DNA of 57,801 bases, filler included, from Platydemus manokwari (taxonomy: Eukaryota): assembly GCA_037951405.1 (NCBI GenBank). It is 5 parts of 5 records of this genome, joined end to end, with 100 filler letters (N's around TTAATTAATTAA, not from the genome) between each part and the next. Parts side by side here need not be neighbours in the genome. Positions count along the whole stretch, not along the records: positions 1 to 9,712 come from JBBMOY011214544.1; positions 9,813 to 23,641 come from JBBMOY011604741.1; 3 more parts are not named here. One strand, written 5' to 3'. The stretch's first letter is position 1, and each line of letters starts with the position of its first letter. The position numbers and the translations under genes were made by a program. Below, piece after piece: positions 1 to 14,000 of the stretch. Under the pieces are notes generated by a model. It was not told the origin of the DNA and made no database searches. It worked only from the letters and a program-made list of their open reading frames with translations.

Positions 1-169
1 GCGAACTAATTTAATAAAATTCATTACCAAATTAAATAATTGATATTAAGTTATTGATATATTATATAATTAATAGTTATACTTAAATTTGCGCCCATAT
101 AACCGATAAGATCCTATTTGAATTTTTGGTGTTATAAAAATTTACTTTATTGTTATTATTTTAGTCCCT

Positions 170-233
170 AGGGGTCGCGAAAAAATTTGGACTCGTAAAG
201 AGGGTCACAACACAAAGGGTGTGAAGACCACTG
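170..233 (+). mobile_element. Probable 3' end of a hAT (Charlie-like) DNA transposon/MITE
   Basis: GGGGTCGCGAAAAAA...GGGTCACAA...GTGAAGACCACTG ends in CACTG, followed by ATTTAAA. This resembles hAT/Charlie right termini. The left end was not identified. Confidence 0.45.
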
Positions 234-537
234 ATTTAAATAATATATTATTTTATATCATATTTGTTAACGCCATCCCTTGTAATCATTGGACGTGTTT
301 CATGGCGATTAAAACAAAGTTATCCACAACGTGTAATTTAACAGCATTTGAATTTTTGATGATATGCCGCAGAATAACGTCTCTGTGGCTAATTTAAATT
401 ATTAATCTTTTATCACCAATAAATTGACCTTTTTAGCACATCTAAACATATCTGAATTTGTGATATATTGTGTTCCAAATAAAGATTAATTTCTCATATT
501 TTTATTGATGATTCTAATGGTAATTTCCGATATTCAG

Positions 538-2698
538 GTGTTCTGACAATTGTAATTGTATATTACAGTTGGAAATTCAATTTTGATCCTGACAACATAG
601 CTACACCGCTTGCTGCGGCAATGGGAGATACTGTCACGCTTTTTGTTTTGTATTATCTTTCACTTTTGTGCCAATCAGAAGGTATGTCAGGAAAAATGTT
701 TGCTAATCTTCATATTTGTATGTTTAAGCCGATGTGAGTTTTATTCATTATTCCACTTTGGCCGTTGTTTTTCTGTTCGTTTTTCCACTTTTATTGTCGC
801 GCGTCAATTGGAGAACGTTTCCCAAATTATCACCAATATTTATGGGTATGATTTTGTCGAGGTGAGAAATGTTTTTCTTGTCACAATTATGCCACATTTC
901 AGTATATCTGGTTGGATTTTGAAAAAATTTGTCTTCCGAATAAAGTTTTTGGCAACTTTTCAACCATTGGTCAATGGTAATTTCAAAATCATCTTCTTCG
1001 AAGTATTTAAGGTTATTGTTTAAGGTATCGGTGGAAATATTGCATCGATTTTTTGTAGTTCATTATCAACCAATTGTCATAAAAGGAAAAAGACGGATGA
1101 TAATTCTAAGGGTATCTATTTCATAGAAGATTTTTTTAATTTAAAAATTGTTTTGCATCACAATTGAAATATATTTAAAATTAATCTAAAAATATATTAA
1201 ATTCGTCGAACCAAAATTTACTGATTATAAGTAAATAAGGTTACGCTATTGATATAAAAAAGCCTTGACAGTAGAACACAATAAATATAAGGATATTGTT
1301 TATACGCATGAATTTCCAATCAATTGACGCAATCCTCTTGATTGGTAGATCGATGAGCACTATATGTTCACATGCACCAAAGTCAAACTGTTTAAAATCC
1401 GATTGGTTGAACAGGCTGATGTTTTTGGCATTCTGGTCCTGAAGTATGTTGATTTCTCGTCCGAGCATCGATCACCCCGAATCAATAATAATTATGGCAT
1501 TTATAACTTTTAAATCGATATCGATTAAGAATAGGAATATTTCTGAGATTTTATGAAACATAATAGAAAAGCTATATTAAATTGAATATTCGATTTATGT
1601 TTTCTATTCCCCAGATTTTATTTTCAAAGCATTACATAGGAAAACATGTTTGGAATATTTTTCGAGATTTTCTTGAGAAACGTCATTCACTCCAGTCGTA
1701 AACCAATGAAATTTTATATTGTTTACAAATTCTCTTCTTAATTTAAAAATAAGCTGAAATGGTGACATTACATGTTGAATGTGTGTGGAAAATGAAATCC
1801 CCTGTTTCAATATTTATTGACGAAGAAATATTGTAGAAATACAAGAATATTTTGAATGAGGGAATTAAATTTTACATATTTTAAATTAACTTATCTCAAC
1901 AATGTCACAACTATTGCAGCTTCTTTTAAACAAGGAAATCCTTAATTATAATTCAACAGAAAATTCAAATTCATCTCAGTAACTTCGGGGTTTGTATCGA
2001 TCAAAAATCTCATCAAAATTGAGTAATTTCCTGTTTTGTCATATATTGTCATATTTATCTGCTAATGATGAATTGAATTAACCGAAATTCTAATTTATAT
2101 CGGACCAAAAATTTTACCTTGAAATAAAAATTACTTTCTTTTCTGAAAATATTATTTTAAAATGATTTTTGTGATTATTTGGTGTTATTTTGAAGTAAAA
2201 ATAGAATTGATAAAATTTTTTGCTTTCTAAATTGTCCCCATATTTTTGGATTTGGAGATTGATAATCATGTATTCGCTAATATAATTCAAACATATGTGT
2301 TTTGAATATTTTTTTTCTCGTTTGAACATTCTTTTTATTGAATTAAGATGTCGATGGATTTTTTGTGACATACATTATTTTAAGTGTGATAATTCACATA
2401 ATGCTTTTGATGTTGTGTACGGTTTTACACATTGTGTCGTTGATCAATATTATTCTGATTGTGATTCCATATCTCTTCACTGTTTTCTTCCAGGTGAGTT
2501 AGGATTTCGGTATTTTTGTTTAATTGGTTAATTTCTTTATTTAAGGTGGGAATTCTTCTGATAATATCAGAGAAACTTGTGAATATATTGTGGAAAAATA
2601 ATATCGATCCTGATAATTCTGCAATACCATTGGTAACAGGATTTGGGGATTTGGTTGGAACTCTGTTATTGTCCATATGTTTATCAACTGTTACGTGA
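538..2698 (+). CDS. SLC41A: SLC41/MgtE-family magnesium transporter, 3' part (5' exons lie upstream of the window)
   Basis: GT-AG exons 538-681, 729-861, 903-976, 1025-1111, 2348-2493 and 2546-2698 splice in frame. The protein has the MgtE/SLC41 motifs DPDNIATPLAAAMGD, PLVNGIGGN and DPDNSAIPLVTGFGD, plus PIFMGMILSSISGWIL and several hydrophobic TM segments. Stop TGA at 2696-2698. Confidence 0.9.
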
Positions 2699-5600
2699 TG
2701 TGTTGTTTTTTGGTGATGTTATAGGAATACTGATATTTCTCATTATTTATATTATAATGATATAGGTTTGCAATAATTGGGTTACAGTGAAACTGGAAAT
2801 AAGAATTATATTCTGGATTTATTGTTGTATTTCTTTCATTTTCATAATGTTTTTGCGATCAAAGTGAATCGGTTTTGTTCTGAAATAAGCAATATCGTTT
2901 TTTACGTTAAGTCAAACTTGATATTGAAAATGTTTTACCGTTGATCATCTAGAGCGGAGTTGCTAATCTACAAATGAGCTATGGAAAGCATTTATTGACG
3001 TTGTCCGATACATATTTGTAAATAAATTGTTATGATTTAATCGTCTATCAATGTGGTCGTTAAATTGAACCTTGAAGCACAGTTAATAAATCAATACAAC
3101 ACTAGCGATTTATTATGATATCTGTTGATACCATTTTATAGCTTTATATGTAATTTTATGTTTCTTCAAAACTGTCCGGCTTATCGTGTATAAATTGTCA
3201 AGTACAAGTGTCAAAGGTGCTTTAGTAGATAATATAAAAGATATTTTATTGATTATCTATAATTTTAATTGTTATTAAAATAATTTTTGCTTATTTTCAT
3301 AAATTCCTGTTTATCAATTGCGCAACTCATGGTGTTTTTATACAAAATTAAATGACTTCTGACAATTCTCTCGATATACTTTTCTTGACATATTGATTTT
3401 ATATTTTACCATTTGTAATAATTTGAGTAATTTAGAGGGAAAAAATACATTTCGTAATCAACAAATATTTGTTTTGCTCATAAAATATAGAATTTTAGTA
3501 ATAAGACGAAAAAAATTTCTAATATTTATATTTATTTTTAGTTACACTAGCTAAATTTATCTAACGATTACGTTGATTGATTCAGCACTTTTTATTTCAT
3601 TCCTATATTAGTTTATGCGAAAAGAATATTTAATTTGAACTTTCATTCTAAATTGTTTGAAAAAAAAATCGATAAAAGTTTACAAGCAGTCAACCTGTAC
3701 ACACATGATCTGTTTTGTCTGAATCATGAATGACGTGAATTTATCACGGTAACAAGTTTGAGTTTTATTTAAATTTTCTAAGTGATTAATCTTGAATAAT
3801 TAAAACAAAATTCCAAATAAAAATTGAAATCCACATTTCTATTTGAATCATTAGGTTGTTATATCTTATATTATGATTCGTATTGTATAAATAATAATTG
3901 TTATTGTATGATAATGAACTTTTATGTTTACACTGCATTGATTAATACTCATCACAACAAAGAGATTTTGATACAGATAAATCATTTTATTTATTATTAG
4001 ATTGTTTATGTGGTGAATTAGCGTTCTGGTGATAAGTTGAAATGTTGTATTTCGAATAGGCATATTATATATATTTAATTAGAAAGCTATTGCCACTTTT
4101 ATATCTGTGTCATATGAAAACATTTGCTATCAAAGTGACATGGTTACATTTTCAGAAAAGATTAGTTCATTCCAATATTAGACACGTTGTAACATCTTAT
4201 ATCCATTGACCCGAGACAAGCTTTACCAATGTAAAACTAATCATGTAAAACTATCATATGAATATGAATCAGCTTGAGTACTGTTTATGTGGCAACAGGT
4301 TTATGAGCAGATTTTCATTATTTCGAATGATCGTGATTAGGTTCTGTTTAATTCGGCAATATTGAATTCATCAAGTTATTGTTATTATTGTTTCGATTGG
4401 TATCCATTAGGCATCTATGTACGATTCTACACTGATCATGAGGAGTTTAAGCTATTTATTAAATCCACGTGAATTATTTTCTTATGGTAATATTAATTAA
4501 TATAATTAAAATTAATTATTCTTAATTATATCTTTTCCATGCAACTAAGCGACGATTTTTCAAATTATAATAACTTTGTCTTTTTAATGTATATTTTAAT
4601 TGTTAAGTATTTTTAGAATTTTTTTAATTTATTTAAATCAATAAAATATTCAATCGCTTACTTTCTTGTTTTTCATTTGATTTAATTAATGGTTTTATTT
4701 TGATTCATAAAGAGTGAACCGTTGTTATATTTTCTATATTAAATTAAATGTTTTCATTGCGGATGACGCATATATGGGTTTAGAGTACACTAGTACGGAG
4801 AACACTTCAGAACTATTTTAATGATTAAACAAAATATGGAAGAGTGATTTCTGCCAACTATAAGCATGAAATAGTGCTTAAATTTGGTTTTTGATTTGTA
4901 ATTAATATATACAATTTTTGGAATACAAATTTCCTTCAATTTGAAAATCTTTTTGGATTAGGGGGTTGATATTATCGATTTAATTCGAACAAGCAAATTT
5001 GAAAATGGTTCCCACTTTAATATGGATATGAACTTGTTCAGATAATTATTGGGATATTTTGTATTTTTATTGAATAATACATGTGATTTAGTTTAAGCAC
5101 TTTTACATCATATTATCATTCGATTTATGGGAAACATTACATACTTTATATGTCAATTATTGGGGGGAAAGCATAATCCATCATTTCTACCAAATCGACT
5201 CGAGACTAATTGATATATTACATTTATACATGAGAGATAATGGTAATAACTTATCGGCCAATATGTGTAATTGCGGCCCATTCGATAAATGATTATATTT
5301 CCATCTCTCAAACGAAACACATTATTGTCACCTGAGATTATTATTGAATGTATTGACATGTATTTTTAATGCCTTAGGTAATTGATTTGTACTTAATTCT
5401 ACCATTAAATTCTAGCGTAACAAAGGGCAAATTGCTTTTTATTGTCAATATATTGGAAATATAGTGTTGATAAAAAGAAAAATGAAATATTTTCCATTAT
5501 ATTACGTGAGTTATAAAAGTTACTTGATTATATTTAATTGGGAAAGGTATTGGTAAAGATTAGTTGTTTCGTTGATGGTAAGATTAGTAATGTGGGATGA

Positions 5601-6392
5601 AATTCGAAATTTTCAGACATTCATCATTCCGAATAGTTTAAACTACTTTTAAATTAAAAAATGTCGATCTATTGAAATATCTGAGCCTGTATACATTATA
5701 AGGTAACTAGTGTACCTCTCTTAAATAATCAACTTTAATTAGAAATACTGTCTTAATATCACCAGAACTTAATTGGCAAATATTATGATGCAATTTTTTA
5801 TGGTTAACTTTCTATGAAACTATGGTTGAGTTCTGTAAAAATATAATTTCTTGGTTTTCTTCTTGATCTTCTGTTTTTATTTTCTGGGAATATATTTAAT
5901 TGGATAACACTAATCACCCAAATAATATAATGGTTAGACTTCGAAAATAATTCCAATACCAATACACACTGAAAGGAAATTTTAGTAAAAACAATAATTC
6001 AATATACAATTATAATTTTCAATATTATTTTTCTCTTCAAATTCATAAAATCAAAATAAATAGGAATTATAAAATTCATAAAAATTCACAATTGCACAAG
6101 ATTTATTTTAAATAGAATTGCAAACCATTAGTATGTCTATAATTATAGGAAACATTTTCGATTATCTTTCATTGAAAAAAGCTCTGATCGTCGTCTGATC
6201 AAGAAATAAATTCTGCAAAAATGAAAATCAATTTTAATTCACATATCGCGCTACTAGAAGAATGATACATAATCACTATATATCAAAACTACATAACATA
6301 GTAAAATGCAATTTAACAGATATACAAACACGTATAGATTATTATAATTACAGGAAATACGTATCACAATCTTAAATTCAAAAAATAATATT

Positions 6393-9300
6393 TCAAGTAG
6401 AATTTCTTATTAAAAGAATAACTAGAAAATCATCCTTAGAAAAATCTTTTGTCAAATTTGGGGCTTTCTGTAATAATATATCAAATGAAAAATCGCATGG
6501 TGGAAATGCATGCAAAACTCCTGATAGATTTTTGTCAGAATTATTTGATTTCAAAAATATCACTCCAGCTGATTCTTTAGTCCTCAGATAAGTAATCAGA
6601 TTTTTCAATGGTCTCTGAGGCTGATTAGAATCACTGACTAATTTGGTATCGACAATGTATGATGAAGCTAACATTAAACAGAATCCATTTTCACCAGCAA
6701 ATTCGATTCGCTGGCTCATTTCTGCTAATTTTTGAATGTCTAATTTCATTCTCTGTGTTATTGTTAAATTGTCGATATTGTTTTTACTATCACTGGTTTG
6801 AGTAAGCATAAATTCATTGATCAATGATTGTTCACCTTTCAACATATACAATCTGCATCCGAAATTATTATTTTTCAACACAATCATTCCTGTCCAAACA
6901 TCATTCAAACAGCTTATCAATTGTGAAATGGATTTGGATGATTTCACTGATAATTCATCATTAATCGGTATATTTTTCGATTGGGCTGATATTACAACTG
7001 TGGATTCTTTATTTGATGATCTTTTCAATAAATCATGATGTTTGTTTTCATTGTCTGATTTGGGATTAGAATTGGATTTGATTACATTAGCATCGGCAAA
7101 ATCAACTTTGATCGGTTTGGTCTCGTCACCGAAATGTGAACCTCTCAATTTGTTAACGGCCGTTATAGCGATATCGACGGATTCATAGAGAACATATGCA
7201 TAGTTTTTATTGTGAGGCCATTCAATCTGTTTGACAATACCAAATCTGATCATTTCTTTTTCAAAAGCATCATAAAGAATCCACGGGCCCAATCCACCGA
7301 CCCAAACACAATTCGTTGGATTGACTTTACCGAAACCGATTTTGATTTGACATTTACCGATCATATGTCCAGACATTTCATTTTTAGCTTGATTAGCGAT
7401 GTCTAAATTTTCGAATTTGATAAAAGCATAAGAATTCCCTTGACGATTCGAGGTCGGTTTTTTAATATCAACATCAGTCACTTCACCGAATTTACCGAAT
7501 AAATCCTTCAAATCACTTTCAGTAATATTACACGGCAAATTACCCACAAATAACGTCCTTGTTGGAATTCCTGTGGTATCTTTGACTGAATAATTGGTTT
7601 TATGATCTTTGATTGCAACTTTATTTGATACACGACTCATCGACCGAGACCGATGTCGATTGTAACGAACTGGTGAATAGGAACCGTTTGAACGACGAGT
7701 GTTTTGAGAATAGTTGTCATGGTTATATGATAATTGTGGTGATCTTGATCTAGGATTTCGTGGAAAGCGAGAATTCAATGAATTTTGTGTTACTGGTTCC
7801 AAATGAACTGATTTTGAGTCCAATTTAAAATTTTTCAAACTACTATAAGCCTTCGCTGCATATCTTGATGATCTGAATAATTTGAAGGCAAAATTAAAAA
7901 TACTATATTTAGAAAAACTAAATCATATAAAAACTTTATCCAAGCTTAATTACAAAAATCTTAATTTATTAATAGGAAATTATAAATAAACTGATAATTA
8001 TTCGCTTCAGAAAGTTTTAAGCAATTTATTTAAAAACCAATCAAAAATATAAATTCATCGATGATAATTATTACAACTTCTTAATATTAATTAACATAGA
8101 CCCTCAACCGTGATTTTGTGGAATTAAAATCAGAACAAACTCTAGATCTCAAACTTCGAATAAAAACAGTTAACAATAAAAAGAAACTTTGACGAAGTCT
8201 TGATTTGTTTTCATTCAGAACCCATTTCTTCATGCTGTTATTGGAGGAAGAATAGATTTTATGTAATTAAAGTTTTAAAATGGAATTAATTTTAGAAATT
8301 TGCAATGTTAAATTCTGGCATAATAGATTTTATATTATGATTGATAGTTTGATGTTTTGTGTGTCCAGGATTTTATATTTATTTGAGACCCTATGCTTAA
8401 AAATATTGTGATTTTTATGCTTCATATATTCAAGAAATTTTTACAAACAATGAAAACTTAACATATACTCATTTAAATATCAACTTTACAAACGCTGTTA
8501 TGTTTAATTACTTTTAATTATTTTAATATTAACATTGAGCAATTAACTAGGAAATATTGTTAAAATGTGATTTCAATATTCGAGTTCACTAATGAAAATT
8601 TAAGTAATGATGATCTTATATTATAAAAATAACCAATCAACTAAATTTAAGATAACCTATAATATACGGCTTCTCAACAATATTAAATCGCAACCAATAT
8701 TATAACTTTTCTTAAGTAAAAAAAACCGCAACTACTACAACAGAAACTTGAAATAATTATCATCAAATATAATAAAAACAATTAAAAACTTGATTTATCA
8801 TTTACAATATCTAATTTTGTTAAAAAAAATATTGAAAATTAAAATATATTAACTACAAAAAGGAAATCTATATAATTATTTCGAGAGATTCCAAAATATT
8901 AAAAAATTAGTTACCCTGAACTTTATAAAATTCACCAATAAGACGAAATTTTCTAGTTGAGACGCAAAGTGGTAAAGAGATTTCAAATTTATGCATTTTT
9001 CACAATGGAGATATTTTTGTTTTGAACAAAATGCAATGTAATGATCGATAAATTTGGCAAGAGATACATATTGTTCTGCAATTATTAGTGACAGAAATGA
9101 TTCATAGTGAAGCTAATCCAAAAAATTAACACAAAATACAAAGACAGACGATCACAATAGAAATCGAAAGAAACACAATTCAGATAATTTTGTCCTTCGA
9201 CCTTCATTATTAAACTCGATATTCCTTATTAAGAATTAAAATTTTGATTACCTAAAATTAATATAAGCAACTCGTTGTCCATTATACGATGATAGTTTCA

Positions 9301-9589
9301 CATTGAAATCTCCTAAATGTTTGCATTCATGATATATAGCATCACGAATATCAGAATCTGAGAGTCGGTGAGGAATTTTGCTGATACATAATGAATAGTA
9401 TTTGTCATTATACCATGAATTATCGTCAGTTCTAGATGCAGAATCCGAATACTTTGAATCAAAAGAATCGACTCCAAGAAGTTTTTGTAATTCCAAAGCC
9501 GTTCTAGCTATTTGTTCAAGTGGACTAATTTCAGGAGAATATGGTTGTCTATAATGTCGATATTCATCTGAATACTTTCGACGGCGCAT
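6393..9589 (-). CDS. RBM15: RBM15/Spenito (Nito): RRM + SPOC domain RNA-binding protein, about 605 aa
   Basis: Exon 9589-9252 (donor AG|GTAATC) joins exon 7872-6393 (acceptor TTCAG) in frame. RRM motifs TRTLFVGNL, YAFIKFENLDIA, IKIGFGK and CVWVGGLGPW are typical of small SPEN proteins. The C-terminal SPOC has WTGMIVLK, LTITQRMKLD, RPLKNLITYLRTKESAGVI and LHAFPPCDFS. Confidence 0.93.
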
Positions 9590-9712
9590 TTCAATTTTTG
9601 TTTATAATTTTAAGCTGGATAAACATTTGATTAGAATAGCACATTAAAATAAAAGAATTCTTAATTTTAAAATATTGAGAATATTATCAAAATTTGTATA
9701 TTTTATTGGGTT

Positions 9713-9812
9713 NNNNNNNNNNNNNNNNNNNNNNNNNNNNNNNNNNNNNNNNNNNNTTAATTAATTAANNNNNNNNNNNNNNNNNNNNNNNNNNNNNNNN
9801 NNNNNNNNNNNN
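9713..9812. other. Artificial contig-joining spacer
   Basis: 44 N + TTAATTAATTAA (palindromic, stops in all six frames) + 44 N. Confidence 0.97.
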
Positions 9813-11035
9813 CCCCCTACCCATCAAAATTCACTGTTAGATTTTGTAGCGATAACATTCTCAGCATTTGAAATTGAATTAAAATTTTTTAAGATTTAAT
9901 TTGTTTAAATAATTGTATTTAAATATAATTTGATATCGGGAATTTTTAAAATAGTTGCGGCTTACAATGATTAAATCACCAGAATTAAAATTTAAATTTT
10001 ATAAATCTAGAAAAATTAGAATTGATGCTTTTGACTGTTACTTATAATAAAAATATTTCCGTAATGAATTCCTTTTATAAAATAGTTTCATAACATTCAT
10101 ACGTGATGTGAATTTTGAAAATAAAACACGTTATTTCAATTAAAAAATAGAGTTATTATGCTCATAAATAGAAATTTTATGCTATTATTATATTATATAT
10201 TATTTTTCATACTAGTGTATTAATTTTAAATGTGTTCCTTGTGGAATATCTTAGAGAAAAATCGATAATTAAAATATTTCGCTTTATTGAAATAGAGAAA
10301 CTATAAAGGAAGGGAGACCAGGGCAGATATTTATCTAAAAGATTAGATTTTCAAAGATCAATCTCGATGATATTTCACTTATATATATAGTATTGGTTTA
10401 AGAAACCATATTTGATTGTTATAACTAAATATTTCCAAGGCAAACAATTTTGTATTATCATTTAACTAAAATTTTAGATCAATGAGATGAAATTTTCTAC
10501 ATTTTCGACAGACATGGTTTAAATTCTCAATTTAAATATCAAATATCTTTTAGGAAACAAAAATACTCTTAATTAAAGTGAAATAGTCATCGAAATAATC
10601 ATCATGAAGTTAATGAAAAAACTGATGAGTGTAATATTATCATATAAAAATTCAGAATATGTTTTTGTAATTTTTGTCTTTGGGTGCCAACGAAATTTTC
10701 AATGACATTAATTTTATTGAGCTATGAGTATGTTATGACAAAAGATTTTAATGTCACTTCTTGATATTGATGTTATAAACTTGAACCAATAAAATGGTTT
10801 ATTATGTTATGTTATTGCGATATTCGTTTAATCCAAATTAATACTCACACTTATTGATATAAATTGTACGAAAATCTATTGAAATATTCGTATTATTATT
10901 GCGATGACGTTATTCTTATATTGTTTGACGTGCTGCATATCATTGTTATTCGAAAGTTTTTGATTAGATTTATCATTATATTATTTTATTTTAATAATTA
11001 TTTTAAATAAGATATTTATGTTTAAAATTATATAG

Positions 11036-14000
11036 CATATGAACAGCCACAAATTCCATCTAGTAGAAACATCGCTTGATTGTGGTATAACTGAGCGTGT
11101 TATTGAAAAAGATGAACTATTATGGTCTGTTCTTGAAAGATTACAAAAAGAAAGCCTACGAGCTTTTACACTCACCAGATTTTATATCAGATCCGTTGCA
11201 GATCCTTATGGAACAGGTGGTGTTGCGGTTTATGTTGGAAATCTGAAAAAAGGTCTTAGTCAAAAACTTTACGAAAGAATATTAAGTGATCGATTAACTC
11301 CAACAAATAGATGGAATACCATAGGTTTTGTTATTATCAATTGATTCGTTATTTAGCTCAAATATTCAGAAGTTATTTACTATGACTCTGGAAGTTTAGT
11401 TCTTATTTATTCTAATGCCGAAAAAGCAGAGGCAGCATATAACATTCTTAAAGAAAGTACTTTTGATGATAATGCATTAACAGCGATTATTTTGCCTAGA
11501 GTTGAGATATCAGCTATCCCGAATGATATACATCCTCTATTAGTGTTTGTAAATGTTAAGTCAGGAGGCTGTCAGGTATTTTAATTTTCGTTACAATTGT
11601 TACATTTGATTACGTAATGTTATCATATAGATATTTGTTTTATAATATTTTACAATTTATAATTCAAATGTGTATATTTATTAGAAAATCGTCACTTGCT
11701 TATTTTCAATAAATGATTTCAATAAGTTTTACTTTTCACATCTTCATCACTAATTCTTCATTGATAATAATCCTAGATTTACTGAATATATCAATGTTTA
11801 AATTGAACTATAAACATTTATTTCAAATTAAAATGTTTGTCTTTTCCACTCATTATCATTCGGCTTCTGTCTCTATTACAGGTTTGCTTCAAACCTTCTC
11901 TTTCTTTTGTTAGACTAATCTTCTTTTTTATCGTCGTATATTACATGGTTATTTGAATGATTGGGATTTTCCACGACCATCAGAGCTTTCTCGAATTGAT
12001 CGTCGGTTTATTCTGAGCTACTTAGTTCTTCGTATTTGATTTTATTCCTGAATTCTTAAAATATTGTCTTGGTTTTATTTGTACCATAGCTATTGCGTGT
12101 CACTCCATTTGTTGTTGGAAATTACTTATTTCTCCATAATTTGTTTCTATTTGATTTGGCCTTCAGTTCGATTTTCTGCAATACTATATCATTGTTCAAC
12201 ATCCAACAATACGAAGCATCTAGTATAGATAGTTTCAATAAAGATTGATAAAGCAGTGTCAAATTATCATCGTGTTATGATATTTTCTTTTTTGTTTATC
12301 AGATACACGATCAACAAGATTTCCCATATCAAACTACAATTTCATCAGTAGAATTCAGAATGTATTAGAAATCTTGTTTTGAAACAGTATTGTTTAACAC
12401 CTTGTTCACAAAATATTCATAAAAAACTACGATTTTCCATGGTAAATCTAAGAATTAGTTTCGACATCAATTTCCTTTTATTTATGAATACTTAATATTA
12501 ACTATAAATGAGATTTCTGCTTCTTTTAACTGTCTTACTGAGTTATTATTGTTATTAATACATTTATTTATAAATTTTATACATCAATAGATCTTTGTCA
12601 CTGTGAGTACTTACCGAGTTCAAAAGTATTTGTACAATATTTTCATTACATAATATATGAAATAATAATTCACCAAGGATATAGGGAAGTCAATTTTTTT
12701 TTATAAAATGAACTTGTTCCAAGAAATTCCAGCAGTATTTTCTTTTAACAATTAAATTTTATTACAATTGTTTCGACATGGACTTTTAAAACCCAATAGA
12801 AAAGAACCCAGTGTACTTTGTTCACCCGTTATCATTCAATTATTTAATTTATTGGCAATATATTGACGTTATTAAAATATTAAATGATACTTTATAATGT
12901 TTTATATATTTTATTTAGATAAAATTTTTGATACAATTATCAGTTTAATTTTAGGTAAACTTATAACTGAATCTTATTCAGAATTATAGATGTATTTTAT
13001 TTATTTATTTATTTAGAGATATAATTTTTGAAATTTCTAAAATGTTTCTTAATCTAAAAGATTTCAAATTATAGAATTGAATATAATATAACACAAATAA
13101 TTCACGGGGTGATATTTTTAAGCATTGTATTTCATTTTAATGAGAATTATGCATAATTTTACCTTTGATACTTTTACGTAAAATCCAATCGAAATACATA
13201 CGGAAAACATATATGCAACTGCAATTGTAAAATTTGAGTATGATTATATTTTATAATTGTTGTAAGGGGGATACACGTATAAATGTATGCATGATTACGT
13301 TCTTATGCGAACGATTGAACATTGGTATTATTGTATTAGTGTCAAATAATATAAATAGCATAATCTCTCAAAAGGATGTGACTCGCCCTTGTAGATTATA
13401 ATACAATGTAGATTTAATGAATACATTGATGCACTGAAATGAATCGAATATAAATAAATTTTGTCTAAAAGTAATGTATATATTGTTGTAAGAGTACGCA
13501 TGATGTCACTAGTTCTATTAAATATCTAACAATGAACTCTTAAACAATATAAAAGATTGTATAAAAGGCATAATGACTTCTAGTTTTTCTTTTCGATAAA
13601 ATTTGAAGTGATATGAAGTCATTTCATTTTTCTCGACTTCGGTGATATAGACTCTTGTGTAATGTTAAATTTGACAGCTAACGATTCATCAGTTTCCCAA
13701 CAAAGCCCTTTCTCCGAAATGACGATATTAATTTTTGTATAGCAAGTCGATAAGCTCAATGGTGTTCGAAGGCTCTAGAGATGATTGAATCATATTGTCT
13801 TAAAAAGAGATTGGGACTAACCAATTTATTACAACAAACAAATGATCGAATTTTTCATGGATTTACCAAAATGAGATATGTAGTTAGCTACGTGTTCAAA
13901 TTATACGATTTTTCTGGTGTAAAGTTCCGACTCACATAAATAACGTAGATTTGCACATCATTTTCAATATTTTTCTTCATATCCAGCAATAAATATGTTG

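Noticed and set aside
610-1023. 137-aa ORF as an independent gene
   Set aside because: It overlaps SLC41 exons and introns, mostly in the wrong frame. Only its last part matches the real exon.
1241-1468. 75-aa minus-strand ORF in a GC-richer intronic patch
   Set aside because: It lies in an SLC41 intron, has no recognisable motif and starts with a non-ATG codon.
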